Shown here one piece after another: positions 1-10,117 of a DNA stretch of 64,000 bases. The DNA comes from an uncultured delta proteobacterium (GTDB taxonomy: Bacteria; Myxococcota_A; Polyangia; Polyangiales; Polyangiaceae), in assembly GCA_963850305.1 (NCBI GenBank), contig CAWKKR010000008.1, forward strand, positions 1,280,001-1,344,000, read 5' to 3'. The notes under the pieces are model-generated. The model made no database searches. It saw nothing but the letters and a program-made list of their open reading frames with translations, and was not told where the DNA came from. The position numbers and the translations under genes are program-made. How positions within the stretch are numbered: the stretch's first letter is position 1; each line of letters opens with the position of its first letter.

Positions 1-67
1 GCTCCGGGCGCCCGGGTCCCTCACGCTCCGTGCTCGCCGCGGCGGCTGCGCGCGGGCGAGGGTCCCG
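1..67. repeat. REP-like element, left copy (may extend beyond window start)
   Basis: 1-38 is the exact reverse complement of 2532-2569; 49-67 is the reverse complement of 2503-2521. Confidence 0.85.
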
Positions 68-294
68 AACACGGGGGCCAGCGGCGTCCACCGGAAGGGA
101 GCAACCCCATCTTCGGAAGGATGTGCTGACGCCGAGGTCCCGCATCCGCATGACACGAACAGCGGAACGAGAGACGCCCAGAGCCGCGCGCGGCGCCACG
201 GCAGGCGACCTTCGAACATTCCGTCAGATTAACGGAATCGCGCTCGCCGAGGGACACCGAACGGCGCAGCCTCGTCCTGGGTGGCTTCAGAGGC

Positions 295-2463
295 TCACAG
301 CGAGCACGACGCGCCCACGCTGCAGCAGTAGTTGCCGCAGTTCAGCGTACAGCTCGGGTCCGAGCTCGACTGATAGTCGAACGCTTCGGAGCGCGCCTTG
401 GCGGGCAGCGAGCCGACCCTGGGCGAGAGCTCCGGTCCGACCCAAGGCCACGGGGTGCCGCTCGGCCACCAGCCGGGCTTCTTCGAGTAGTAAAGCGACG
501 CGGGGAGCGTCTGGGTGGAGCTTGGCAAGCCCGCGGTGAGGGGCGAGGCGTTCCACATCACCTTCCGGTTTACCGTGTCGAAGTTGCCGTGGAGCCACAG
601 GCTCTTCCAGGCGTTCGTCGATGGGTCGGCGAGGAAGATCGCGAGCTGACTGCCGTCGCTCGAGGTGTAGACCAGTGACGTCGCCGACGGCATCCCCTGG
701 CCGGTGCTCGTCGTTCCGAGATCCGCGGGGACGCCGAGCGACGCGTCCGTCGCGCTGCCGAGGACATTGCCGATGACGGTCATGTCGAGATCGGTCGCGT
801 CGAAGTCCAGCGCGGCGACGTTCGCGTACTGCGGGGCGAACGACTGGCCCCATACGATTGCCGACGTGGACTGATTGGCCACGCTCGGTGACCACTGGCT
901 CGACGCGTAGTTCCGGAAGTAGGTGAGGTAGCCCGCGTTACCGTGCGTCGTCGACGCGCCCATGTGCGGCGCCCAGTTGCCCTCCATCAGCTCCATGTGC
1001 GGGAAGGCGCAGTGGCAGTCGATGTTCACCTCCTGGAACCCGTCGTCGCCGTTCCCATCGCACGACCAGGAGTTGTCGGCGTAATTGTAGCCGATCACGT
1101 TTCCACCCCCGGAGTTGTTGAAGAGGATGGGCTTGTTCATGAAGCGCGCGATGTTGTTCTCGACGAGGTCGTCGGCGGCGCCGCACGCGAGCACGATGCC
1201 GTAGTTGTCCTGCGCGAAGCCGTAGCTGTACGAGTTGTGGAAGTGGCTGTCCCGGATGACGCATCGGTACGTCCCTGCCAGCCGGATCGGCATCCCCGAC
1301 GTCGTGCCGTCGACCTGGACGTCCTTCACCCACGAGTACGCGGCGTTCGATACGTCGATGCCCCCGGCGTTCTGTCCGGGGTATCCGCCGGGACGGCCCC
1401 CCTGTACGGCGAGGCTCTCTATCCCGGCCCACTTCGTCGGCGCCTGCGACACGCGCGAGATGCGCGCGCCCTGCGCGGTGGTGAACGTCCAATGAAGCGG
1501 CGACGACAGCGTGAGCGTCGTGCCGGACACCGCCGAGATCTCGACGCGCTCGCTGAGCCCGTGATTGCTCGTCCGCTTGAAGATGGTGCCGCAGTCGCCC
1601 TCGCTAACGTCGGATGTGTCCGTCTCGTCGACGAGGGCCAGATCACCGGCGCTCCACCCCGCGGTGCTCGCGACGGTGACTGTCGACGTTTCCTTCGCGG
1701 CGTCGCTGGTGAGCAGCGGCTTCGCGCTCGCGTCGAACCCGCTGCCGTCGTAGCAGACGGTGTCCTGCATGGTGCCGATGGACAGGACCGGGCCGCCGCC
1801 GCTGCTGACAATCACCGTGCCGCTCGCCACGTCCGAGCCCGCGCCCCGCAGCACGACGCCGCTCGGCACGTCGATGGTCGACGAGATGCCGTACTTGCCG
1901 GCCGAGAGCAGCACGACCTGGTTCTTCCCCTTGCAGCCGTTCAGCGCGGTCTGGATCGCCGAGGTCGCGTCCCCGCTCTGCGGGGACACGGTCGCGCACG
2001 AGGTCGTCCGCACGGGGAGCCCGTCGTTGCCGAGCGGCGAACCGGTCGGTGTGTCGGCGAGGATCCCGGGATTCCAGGTCGTCGTGTAGTCGGGGTCGAG
2101 CAGGCCGGCCGGGGGTTGGCTGCACGCGCTGCCGCAGCTCGCACCGCCGCTTCCGGTGGCGCCTCCCGTGCCGGCGCCCGCACCGGTACCGGTCGCGCCG
2201 CCGGAGCTCGCCGTGCCACCCGTTCCGGCACCGCCCGAGCCCGCGCTTCCGCCCGCGCCGTTCGATCCGCCGCTCGCTGTCCCAGCTTCCACGGTGCCGC
2301 CCGATCCGCCGCCCTTTGCCGATCCGCTGCTCCCGCACGCCGGGCACAGCGATAGAGCCGCCGTGACGCAAAGCCCGAGCGCACCCGCGCGCTGCTGCCG
2401 GTACCATCGGTGATGGCGGCAAGCCGCAGCATGCCGCCGCTGGAGCCCGTGCACCGGGAGCAA
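295..2463 (-). CDS. Secreted lipoprotein with pectate-lyase-like parallel beta-helix domain and Cys-rich C-terminus; true start probably near 2400
   Basis: Lipobox-like LSLCPAC-GSSG, Gly/Ser/Thr linker, DATSAIQTALN...VVLLSAGKY...VPSGVVLRGAG beta-helix entry motif, Asn ladders (LVENN, GNVIGYNY, LMEGN). Confidence 0.75.
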   Translation of the reverse strand: MLPVHGLQRRHAAACRHHRWYRQQRAGALGLCVTAALSLCPACGSSGSAKGGGSGGTVEAGTASGGSNGAGGSAGSGGAGTGGTASSGGATGTGAGAGTGGATGSGGASCGSACSQPPAGLLDPDYTTTWNPGILADTPTGSPLGNDGLPVRTTSCATVSPQSGDATSAIQTALNGCKGKNQVVLLSAGKYGISSTIDVPSGVVLRGAGSDVASGTVIVSSGGGPVLSIGTMQDTVCYDGSGFDASAKPLLTSDAAKETSTVTVASTAGWSAGDLALVDETDTSDVSEGDCGTIFKRTSNHGLSERVEISAVSGTTLTLSSPLHWTFTTAQGARISRVSQAPTKWAGIESLAVQGGRPGGYPGQNAGGIDVSNAAYSWVKDVQVDGTTSGMPIRLAGTYRCVIRDSHFHNSYSYGFAQDNYGIVLACGAADDLVENNIARFMNKPILFNNSGGGNVIGYNYADNSWSCDGNGDDGFQEVNIDCHCAFPHMELMEGNWAPHMGASTTHGNAGYLTYFRNYASSQWSPSVANQSTSAIVWGQSFAPQYANVAALDFDATDLDMTVIGNVLGSATDASLGVPADLGTTSTGQGMPSATSLVYTSSDGSQLAIFLADPSTNAWKSLWLHGNFDTVNRKVMWNASPLTAGLPSSTQTLPASLYYSKKPGWWPSGTPWPWVGPELSPRVGSLPAKARSEAFDYQSSSDPSCTLNCGNYCCSVGASCSL

Positions 2464-2502
2464 CGTACCAGATCGCGTCTCCGGGGTCGAAGCGCGCCGC
2501 TG

Positions 2503-2569
2503 CGGGACCCTCGCCCGCGCGGAGCCCTTCGGGCGAGCACGGAGCGTGAGGGACCCGGGCGCCCGGAGC
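2503..2569. repeat. REP-like element, right copy, inverted relative to 1-67
   Basis: Direct sequence comparison with 1-67. Confidence 0.85.
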
Positions 2570-2622
2570 CGGAGGCGAGGACGACCGGTCGTGATGCGGC
2601 GCCGCGCGACGGGGGAGCAGGC

Positions 2623-5600
2623 CTACTCGAACTCGAGTCTCCAGCGGATGTCGGCGCCGAGGTTGCCCATGCCGGAGGTGGAGATGTCGTTGACGTTGTC
2701 GTAGTTGCTCTCGACGCTGACACGCGGGGAGAGACGCCACTCGACGTTGGAGCGGACCTCGCTGGATTCGGTGAGGCCGCTGGTGATGTAGGCGCGGATG
2801 CGCTGCGCGAGGTGTTTGCCGATGGTGACCGTGGGCTCGGTGCGGCCGGTGATGGAGGAGTACGCGCTGCCGAGCTTGAATTCGTCGATGATGGGGATGG
2901 TCTGCTCGACGGCCTCGTCGGCGCCGGTGAGATGGCCCAGGGCCTCGAGCGCGACGCTGCTGCCCGCGGTCGCCGACTGCGCGCGGTCGAGCTCCGCGCG
3001 GGTCAAGCCGAGCGTCAGGAGCAAGAAGATGTCGTCTTCGCTCAGGGCGGGCTCGCTCGAGAGATCGACGCGGAGCGTTTCAGGGTCGCCGTAGGCGTGC
3101 AGCGTGATCCGCCAGCGGCCGCCCGACGTGGCCGTCGCGGCGCTCGATGCGCTGGCCGACGACGACGCCGCGCCGGCTGACGACGTGCCGGAGGCCAGCG
3201 TGTCGTCGTAGCGGTGGTAGTCGGTGACGGCGGTGACGTCGACGCGCGGTTCGATACGTTCGTCGTCGTCGAAGCGGACCATGCCCTGCGTGATCTCGAA
3301 GTCGTTCCGGCGAAGGCGAATGTGCCCTCCCTTGACGACGTCGAGCTCGCCGCGCATGCCGAAGCGCTGGTTGGTGCCGGAGAGGACCAGGCCGGGGTCG
3401 GCGACGTCGAGCTTGGCCTGGACGAGGTCGTTGTCGATCTCGAGGGGACGCGACGCGCGGATGCGGACCTCGAGGGCCACGAGGTCGGCGGAGGGGTCAT
3501 AGGACTCGAACTCGGTCCTGTGGCCGCGCTTCGTGAGCGTGTCGAGGTCGGCGGCCATGGTGACCTTGCGGGTGTACCGGAACGAACCGATGGTCACGTC
3601 TCCGGTGAGCTTCGGCAGGTTCCGCGTGTCGTCGCCGCCGTGCGACGGTTGCCACTCGAGCTCCAGGTTCGCGTCTGCCGCGCCGCGGACGCCGTCCGAG
3701 ACCGGAAGCGCGACGTTGTGAAGGGTGATCGTGGCGTGCGCGCCGCTGACGTCGAAGCCGCGGAGCTGCGCGCCGCCGCCGACATCGAGCGTCCCGCCGC
3801 CGACATTAGCGGTCGCGTGCAGGATGCGAATCTCGTCCGGGTCGACCCCCAGCGCGACGTCGACGTCCGTCAGGGTCATCGGGGTACCCCGCAGCGCGAC
3901 CTCGCCGTGCGACAGGCTCAGGTTGCCGCGCTCGATGACCTGCGGCCATGTCCCCTGGACGGTGACCGAGCCAGCGAGCGAGCCCGCGACGCGATCGGCC
4001 TGGGGGAAGAGCCGCGCGACCGCGGCGAGGTCCGTCGGACGCAGGTCGAGCTTGAGCGCGACCTTGGGGTTGTCGCCCAGGTTCGAAAGGCCGCCCGACA
4101 GATCGAACGTCGCGCGTTCCCCGGTCGGCGCGATCGTCGCGACGGTGACTCCGGTCGCCTGCAAGCGGCGCTCGTCGATGCCGAGATGCGCGGGGCCCGC
4201 GAGCTCGACCTCGAAACCGCCGCGCTCGACGTCGAATTCGCCGACGTCGAGTGCCGCCGTCGCCAGGGCAGCATGGTCCAGCGGCAGCGCCTTCAGGTCG
4301 ACCTTGGCGCTCAGATGGCCGTTCACGCGCCGGTCCGAGAGCGCCACGGCCGGCGACAGCTCCGCGAAGGCGCCGAGATCGAGCCGCGTCAGGTTCACCG
4401 CGCCGCCGACGGTCTTGGAGCGCTGGCGCGTGACCTGGAGATCATCGAAGGCGATCTGATTGCCGAAGAGCTGCCCCTTCACGTGGAAGAGGCCGCTCGG
4501 CTTGTCTTCCGCGTACTCCGCGGCGTCGAAGGGACCGGTCATCGGACGGCCGCAGCGCGTCTTGCCGACGATCTTCGGCGGCGAGGCGATGGGCTCGAGA
4601 TGGACGTGCACGTCGGAGGCCGGGAGCGACGCGTGCCCGACGGTGACCGGCCCGATGCGGGCGTCGACGTCCGCGACCATGGCGTCGAGGGTGCCGCTCA
4701 CCTCGGCCACGGCGCTCGCACGTCCGTCCACGCTGCGGCCGAGGTCGCCGAGCGCCTCGATTTGCGACAGCGGAACGCCGCTCGCCACGACGTGGCCACG
4801 AAGGACGCCGCCGTCCTTCAGCGAGAGATTCCCGAGAATCGTGCCCTCTCCTTTCCGGAGCGTGACGCTCGGGACGTCGAGCTGCATGCCGAGATAGCTC
4901 GCGTCCTCGTCCATCCAGCGGAAGTCGAACCGCGCGTCGCCCCCGTCGTAGTGCTCGTCGAAGAGATCGGCCGTGGTGAGGCCGAGCGAGCCGTTCACGC
5001 GCAGGTAGCCGTCCCCGCAGCGGTCGCGCTTGCCGCCCATCTCGTACTCGACGTGCGCGTCCGTGACGCCCTTGCCGGAGATGGCATCGAACCGCGGGTC
5101 CTGGTCGAAGTGCCACATCGCGAAGAAGTCGCGGAGGTCGAGCCGGTCGCTCTTCACGTCGGCGTTGACGAGGAGCGTCGGGCCCGACTGAAAATCGAGG
5201 CGCGCGTTCGGCACGTAGAAGCGGCTGTTGCCCTTGGTACCGTGCAGCTCCGCGAGATCGAGCACCAGCGGCTTGAAGTGGACGCGTGAGTCGTCGATGT
5301 TGCCGAGCGGGAACCCCGCGAAGACGAGATCCTGCGATCTTGACGTTGCCGCGGAGGTCGGCCTGACTGGCCTTGCCGGCCATATCGACGGACAGCTCCG
5401 CGACGCCCGCCATGGGGATGTCCACGAGAGGGCTCGCGTCCGCGAGGTCGAGCCTCGACTTCGGTACCGACAGCCAGATGTCGTTGTGAAAGCCCACCGA
5501 GACCGACGCGAGCAGCTCGCTCGAGCCGAAGGTCGCCTTCGAGTTCATGAAGAGCACCGCGTCGGGGCGCACGCCGAAGCGCGTGCGCACGGTCGCCGCC

Positions 5601-7010
5601 TTGACGCCGATCATGTGCCTTCGCGCGGGCGAGTGATACGCGCGGTCGAACACCTCGAACCCGGTCGTCTCCGAATAGACGTCACCGTCGAGCTTCAGTG
5701 GAGCGATGGTGCCGCCGAAGTCCGCGATGACGACGTGGTCGAGGTCCCACTTCACGATGGTGTCGTTCGTGACCGCGTTGTTCTCCATCAGATCTTCGAA
5801 GTGCAGCCCGCGGCTATCCACGTGACGGACGCGCAGCGGGAAGCCCTTCGCGAAGGGTCGCAGGCTGATGTCGTCCAGGGTCACCGCGGCGTGGCCGTAC
5901 GTCGCGTGCATCGACGGGACCCGCACCTCGTCGTGGCCGATCTCGACGTCTCCGTCGAACTTCTTTGCGAAGCGGAAGTCGGCCATCTCGACGTCGGCGC
6001 CGCGGATCTTGCCATGCAGGTCCGGCAGGGTGGATCGCGGATCCCACCTGACGTCCGCGTCGACGGAGGCCCAGCCCCGAAACGGACCGGGCGCGACGCG
6101 ATCGAGGAGCGCGAGCGGTGCGCGCGCCTCGACGTGGCCGTCGACGAGGGCGGGCTTCATGCCGTCGAGGGCCGCGCGTAGCTCCGAGACTCGCAGGGAA
6201 ACGTAGCCGGGGTCGGCCTCGCCGAGGGCGCAGGGGTTCGATGCGCCCGGAGCGCGACCCGAGCCGGCCACGCCGATCAGCGCGAGCCGTCGGATGAGCG
6301 CTTCGCCCTTTTGCAGGTGCACGCGGGCATCGAGATCACAGAGCACGTCACGGTCGCTCACGACCGCGTCGTGGCTGCGTCGTTCTCGAACGAGGTGACT
6401 CTCACCGGCGCGGAGCGCCACCTCGAACGACGGCCCCGCGTCGGCGAAGACGTCCAGGTCCGATCGGCCCCGTGTCGACATGCAACCCCTTCGTGTCGAG
6501 GACGACGGTCGCATCGGTGAGCGAAAGTGATGCGAACGGTGCGCGGACGAACGCGGGCGCCGGGCCACGCTCGACCGGCAGACGGAATCGGACGTTCGAC
6601 AGCTTGCCGTCCTCGAGGACGAGCCGCGCGTGGGGTTCGTCGATCTCGACGTCACCGGCGTCGAGTCTCCCCGCGAGCAGGGAGAAGAGCCGAGGCGTCA
6701 CCGAGATGCGGCGAGCCGAGAAGGCCGGCGCCTTGCCGTCCGAAGCGTTCACCACGACGTGGTCGAGGACCAGCCGTAGCGGCAGGAGCTGAACGTGCAC
6801 CCCATACGCGGCGTCGAGGCCTGCGAGTCGCGTGATGAGACCCTCCGACTCGTGAGCCGCCCACTTCCGCACCGGCGCGGCGCGAACCAGGAATCCGAGC
6901 AGCAGCGGGAACGCACCCACGAGCGCGAATGCCGCGCAGAGCACGCGCGACAAGGCCCGGCCGATCTCCAGCCGTGGCCGCATGCGCGAGAGAGTCCGTC
7001 GAGCCGCCAT
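2623..7010 (-). CDS. tamB: Translocation/assembly module TamB (AsmA-like, DUF490 C-terminus); split by two frameshifts near 6470 and 5325
   Basis: ORFs 6402-7010, 4442-6655 and 2623-5265 join into about 1450 aa; N-terminal TM anchor, beta-taco repeats, C-terminal LSSEPALSEDDI...GKHLAQR...GADIRWRLEFE. Confidence 0.85.
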
Positions 7011-7205
7011 TTCGGCTCCCGAAGCGTAGCCGTCGCGCCCGCCGGGGGCCTGTTTTCCGGGGCGAGGTCAGCGAAGTCGCGAGCCTCCGGGCCTGAACGC
7101 CTGCGCAACCGTCGTTCGCCGAGCCGCTCCGGGAAGGGCGTGGCGGAGGCGGTGGCAACCTGTTAGACGAGCGTCCCCCCGAACGACCCGAGGCTCCCCC
7201 GAACG

Positions 7206-8138
7206 ATGGCGTTGCAACCAGAGCCCTCTGCCGCCAGCGCCGATCGGGCCATTCTCGCCCTCGACGGCGCCGTCGCGGCCGCGGAACAGGGTGTCCACTG
7301 CCGGACCGTCGTGCTCGTCAGCCCGGAGGATCTGCGCGCGGTCTCGCCGAGGGACGTCCGCGCGCGGCTCGACCGCATGATGCTCGCGCCGCACCCCGAC
7401 GAGGGGCTCGACGCGCTGCTCGGCTCATCCGTGCTCGACGTCCTCTTTCCGGAAGTGAAGAGCATGGTGGGGTTCGGCGACGGCGAGTTCCGGCACAAGG
7501 ACGTCTGGCGCCACACGAAGCAAGTGGTGACCCAGGCCGAGTCGCGGCTCGAGGTGCGCTGGGCGGCGCTGTTCCACGACATCGGCAAGGTGAAGACGCG
7601 GTCGTTCGGACCGAACGGCGAAGTCCACTTCTTCGGACACGCGGAGGTCGGCGCGCGGATGTTCGATCGACTCGAGCGCCGCGAGCACCTCTTCGTGAGC
7701 GACGACGCGCTCTCCTCCGCCATCCGCTTTCTGGTCCTGCACCATCTCCGCGCGAGCCAGTACGACGGCTCCTGGACGGACAGCGCCGTGCGTCGCTTCG
7801 CGCGCGAGATGGGCCCGCACCTCGGCGATCTCCTGTGTCTGTCCCGTGCCGACATCACGACGAAGCGCGCCGAGAAGAAGCGACGCGGCATCGGCATGAT
7901 CGAGGAGCTCGCGACGCGCATCACGCGGCTGGCCGCCGAGGACGCGGAGGTGGAGCCTCTGCCGAAGGGCGTCGGCATCGCCATCATGGAAGCGTTCGGC
8001 ATTCCGCCGTCCAAGCGCGTCGGGGACATCAAGCGCGCCCTGGACGCCGCAGTCCTCGCCGGTGAAATCCCGGGGCACCAAGAGTCCGCTTTCTACGTGC
8101 AGTTTCTGTCCGAGAACAAAGCCCGCTTCGGGATTTGA
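7206..8138 (+). CDS. HD-domain protein homologous to the body, HD and tail of CCA tRNA nucleotidyltransferase, with no N-terminal polymerase head
   Basis: VSPRDVRARLDRMM...LFPE RNA-binding segment, HKDVWRHT, ALFHDIGK, HFFGHAEVG, HHLR, WTDSAVRR, SRADITT, tail IMEAFGIPPSKRVG. Confidence 0.8.
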   Translation: MALQPEPSAASADRAILALDGAVAAAEQGVHCRTVVLVSPEDLRAVSPRDVRARLDRMMLAPHPDEGLDALLGSSVLDVLFPEVKSMVGFGDGEFRHKDVWRHTKQVVTQAESRLEVRWAALFHDIGKVKTRSFGPNGEVHFFGHAEVGARMFDRLERREHLFVSDDALSSAIRFLVLHHLRASQYDGSWTDSAVRRFAREMGPHLGDLLCLSRADITTKRAEKKRRGIGMIEELATRITRLAAEDAEVEPLPKGVGIAIMEAFGIPPSKRVGDIKRALDAAVLAGEIPGHQESAFYVQFLSENKARFGI

Positions 8139-8201
8139 CGCTGCGGCCCAGGGACGGGAGCTCGCGACTCCGCGGCCAGATCCAGCGCGCACGGCAAGCA
8201 T

Positions 8202-8576
8202 TCACACGTCATCATCGGCGTCCTCGTCGCGCCCCCGAATGATCGCGTCGAGGACGGCCATGATTGCGCCGAGGACGGACGCATCCTCGCTCAGGACGCG
8301 TCCGTCCTCGCTCAGGACGCGTCCGTCCTCGCTCAGGACGCGTCCGTCCTCGCTCAGGACGCGTCCGTCCTCGCTCAGGACGCGTCCGTCCTGGGCGAGA
8401 TCATGAGCGTCCTCGGTCAGGATGTACGCGTCCTCGGTCAGGATGTACGCGTCCTCGGTCAGGACGTACGCGTCCTCGGTCAGGACGTACGCGTCCTCGG
8501 TCAGGACGTACGCGTCCTCGGTCAGGACGTACGCGTCCTCGGTCAGGATGTACGCGTCCTCGCTCAGGATGCCCAT
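8202..8576 (-). CDS. Possible 124-aa heptad-repeat (coiled-coil-like) protein, or non-coding minisatellite
   Basis: ATG at 8576; MGILSEDAYI(LTEDAYV/I)n...(LSEDGRV)n...; starts 20 nt after the ilvA stop. Confidence 0.4.
   Translation of the reverse strand: MGILSEDAYILTEDAYVLTEDAYVLTEDAYVLTEDAYVLTEDAYILTEDAYILTEDAHDLAQDGRVLSEDGRVLSEDGRVLSEDGRVLSEDGRVLSEDASVLGAIMAVLDAIIRGRDEDADDDV
8272..8570. repeat. 21-bp tandem repeat array with two blocks, about 14 units
   Basis: About 5x GTCCTCGCTCAGGACGCGTCC, one divergent unit, then about 8x GTCCTCGGTCAGGA(C/T)GTACGC; each unit has an internal inverted repeat GTCCT-N5-AGGAC. Confidence 0.95.
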
Positions 8577-8596
8577 GAGTGACGACGGGGGAGCAG

Positions 8597-10117
8597 TCAG
8601 ACTCCCAGTAACAGCCGCGCTGCTGGACTGGCGGTTTCGTTCTCGAAGGGATATCCGAGCGCTTCGAGGGTCGCTTCCAGATCGCCACGCTCGGCCTCCG
8701 GCACCTCGAGCCCGCACAGCACGCGGCCGAAGGCGGAGCCGTGGTTTCGATAATGGAATAGCGAGATGTTCCAGCGCGCACCGAGGCTCTTCAGGAATTC
8801 CAGGAGCGCGCCGGGCCGCTCGGGAAACTCGAATGTGTAGAGCACTTCGTCGCGGGCGTTCGTCGACCGTCCGCCGACCATGTGACGCACGTGCGTCTTG
8901 GCGAGATTGTCGCGGGAAAGGTCGTCGCACTTGCAGCCCTGGCTCTCGAACGACTGCACGAGAGCGCGGAGCTCCTCGGCGCCGCTGACCTCGACCCCGA
9001 CGAACACGTCGGCAGCGTCGCGCGAGCCGAGGCGGTAGTTGAACTCCGTGACGCTCCGCTCGCCGACGACGTGACAGAACTCCAGAAATGCGCCCGGACG
9101 TTCCGGGATGGTGACGACGAGGATGGCTTCACGGACCTGGCCGACTTCCGCACGTTCGGCGACGTACCCGAGCTTCGCGAACGAGATGTTCGCGCCCGAG
9201 GCGATCGCGACGACGGGGCCGGCAGCGAGCGCATTCTCGGCGCAGGCGCGCTTCACGCCGGCGATGGCGAGCGCGCCGGCGGGCTCGAGCACGGTGCGGG
9301 TGTCCTCGAAGGCGTCCTGGATCGCCGCGCAGATCTCGTCGGTGGAGACGACGACGATGCCGTCGAGGTTGCGCCGGCAGAGGTCGAAGGTCAGCTCGCC
9401 GACTTCCTTGACGGCCACGCCGTCGGCGAAGATGCCGACGCGATCGAGCCGCACGCGCCGGCCTTCGGCGAGCGAACGGCGCATCGCGTCGCTCGACGCG
9501 GACTGAACGCCGATGATGCGCACGTCGGGCCGAAGCTCTTTCACGACCGCCGCGATACCGGAGACGAGCCCTCCGCCGCCGATGGGAACGAAGATGGAAC
9601 CGAGGTTCCGGGGGGCCTGGCGCAAGATCTCGAGACCTATGGTGCCCTGGCCTGCGATGACGTCGAGATCGTCGAACGGCGGGATCTGGACGGCGCTCGT
9701 CGCGAGCGCGAGCTCGTCGGAGAAGACGGCGGCGTCGCTGTAGCTGTCGCCGACCAGATCGATGCGGGCACCGAGCGCTCGCACCGCTGCCACCTTGATC
9801 GCCGGCGTCGTCCGCGGCATGACGATGCGACACCGGATGCCGAGCCGTCGCGCCGCGAACGCGACGCCCTGCGCGTGATTGCCGGCCGAAGCCGCGATGA
9901 CGCCGCGTGCGCGCTCCGCCTCGGACAGCGCGGCGATCCGGTTGTACGCGCCGCGCAGCTTGAACGAGAAGACCGGCGTGAGATCCTCTCGCTTGAGGAG
10001 CACGGGGTGTCCGAGACGCTCCGAGAGATTTCGCGCCGGATCGAGGGGCGTGGGTTCGGGCAAGACGTCGGCGACGCGCGCGTTGAGCGCGCGCTTCAGG
10101 AGGTCGTAAGTCATCAT
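8597..10117 (-). CDS. ilvA: Threonine ammonia-lyase, biosynthetic
   Basis: LKREDLTPVFSFKLRGAYN PLP lysine, SAGNHAQG, GGGGL, two ACT-like domains (IPERPGAF, FPERPGAL, SLFHYRNHG). Confidence 0.96.
   Translation of the reverse strand: MMTYDLLKRALNARVADVLPEPTPLDPARNLSERLGHPVLLKREDLTPVFSFKLRGAYNRIAALSEAERARGVIAASAGNHAQGVAFAARRLGIRCRIVMPRTTPAIKVAAVRALGARIDLVGDSYSDAAVFSDELALATSAVQIPPFDDLDVIAGQGTIGLEILRQAPRNLGSIFVPIGGGGLVSGIAAVVKELRPDVRIIGVQSASSDAMRRSLAEGRRVRLDRVGIFADGVAVKEVGELTFDLCRRNLDGIVVVSTDEICAAIQDAFEDTRTVLEPAGALAIAGVKRACAENALAAGPVVAIASGANISFAKLGYVAERAEVGQVREAILVVTIPERPGAFLEFCHVVGERSVTEFNYRLGSRDAADVFVGVEVSGAEELRALVQSFESQGCKCDDLSRDNLAKTHVRHMVGGRSTNARDEVLYTFEFPERPGALLEFLKSLGARWNISLFHYRNHGSAFGRVLCGLEVPEAERGDLEATLEALGYPFENETASPAARLLLGV

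Noticed and set aside
3214..5289. Long antisense and alternate-frame ORFs (also 943-2355, 52764-54560, 54570-56936 and many others)
   Set aside because: Shadow ORFs expected in high-GC DNA; Arg/Ala/Pro-rich and overlapping clear genes.
7020..7200. Possible ncRNA (6S/SRP-like) between tamB and the HD gene
   Set aside because: No recognisable conserved motif; adequately explained as a divergent promoter region.
8272..8570. CRISPR array or plasmid iterons
   Set aside because: Contiguous tandem units with no spacers; no rep gene or AT-rich origin nearby.
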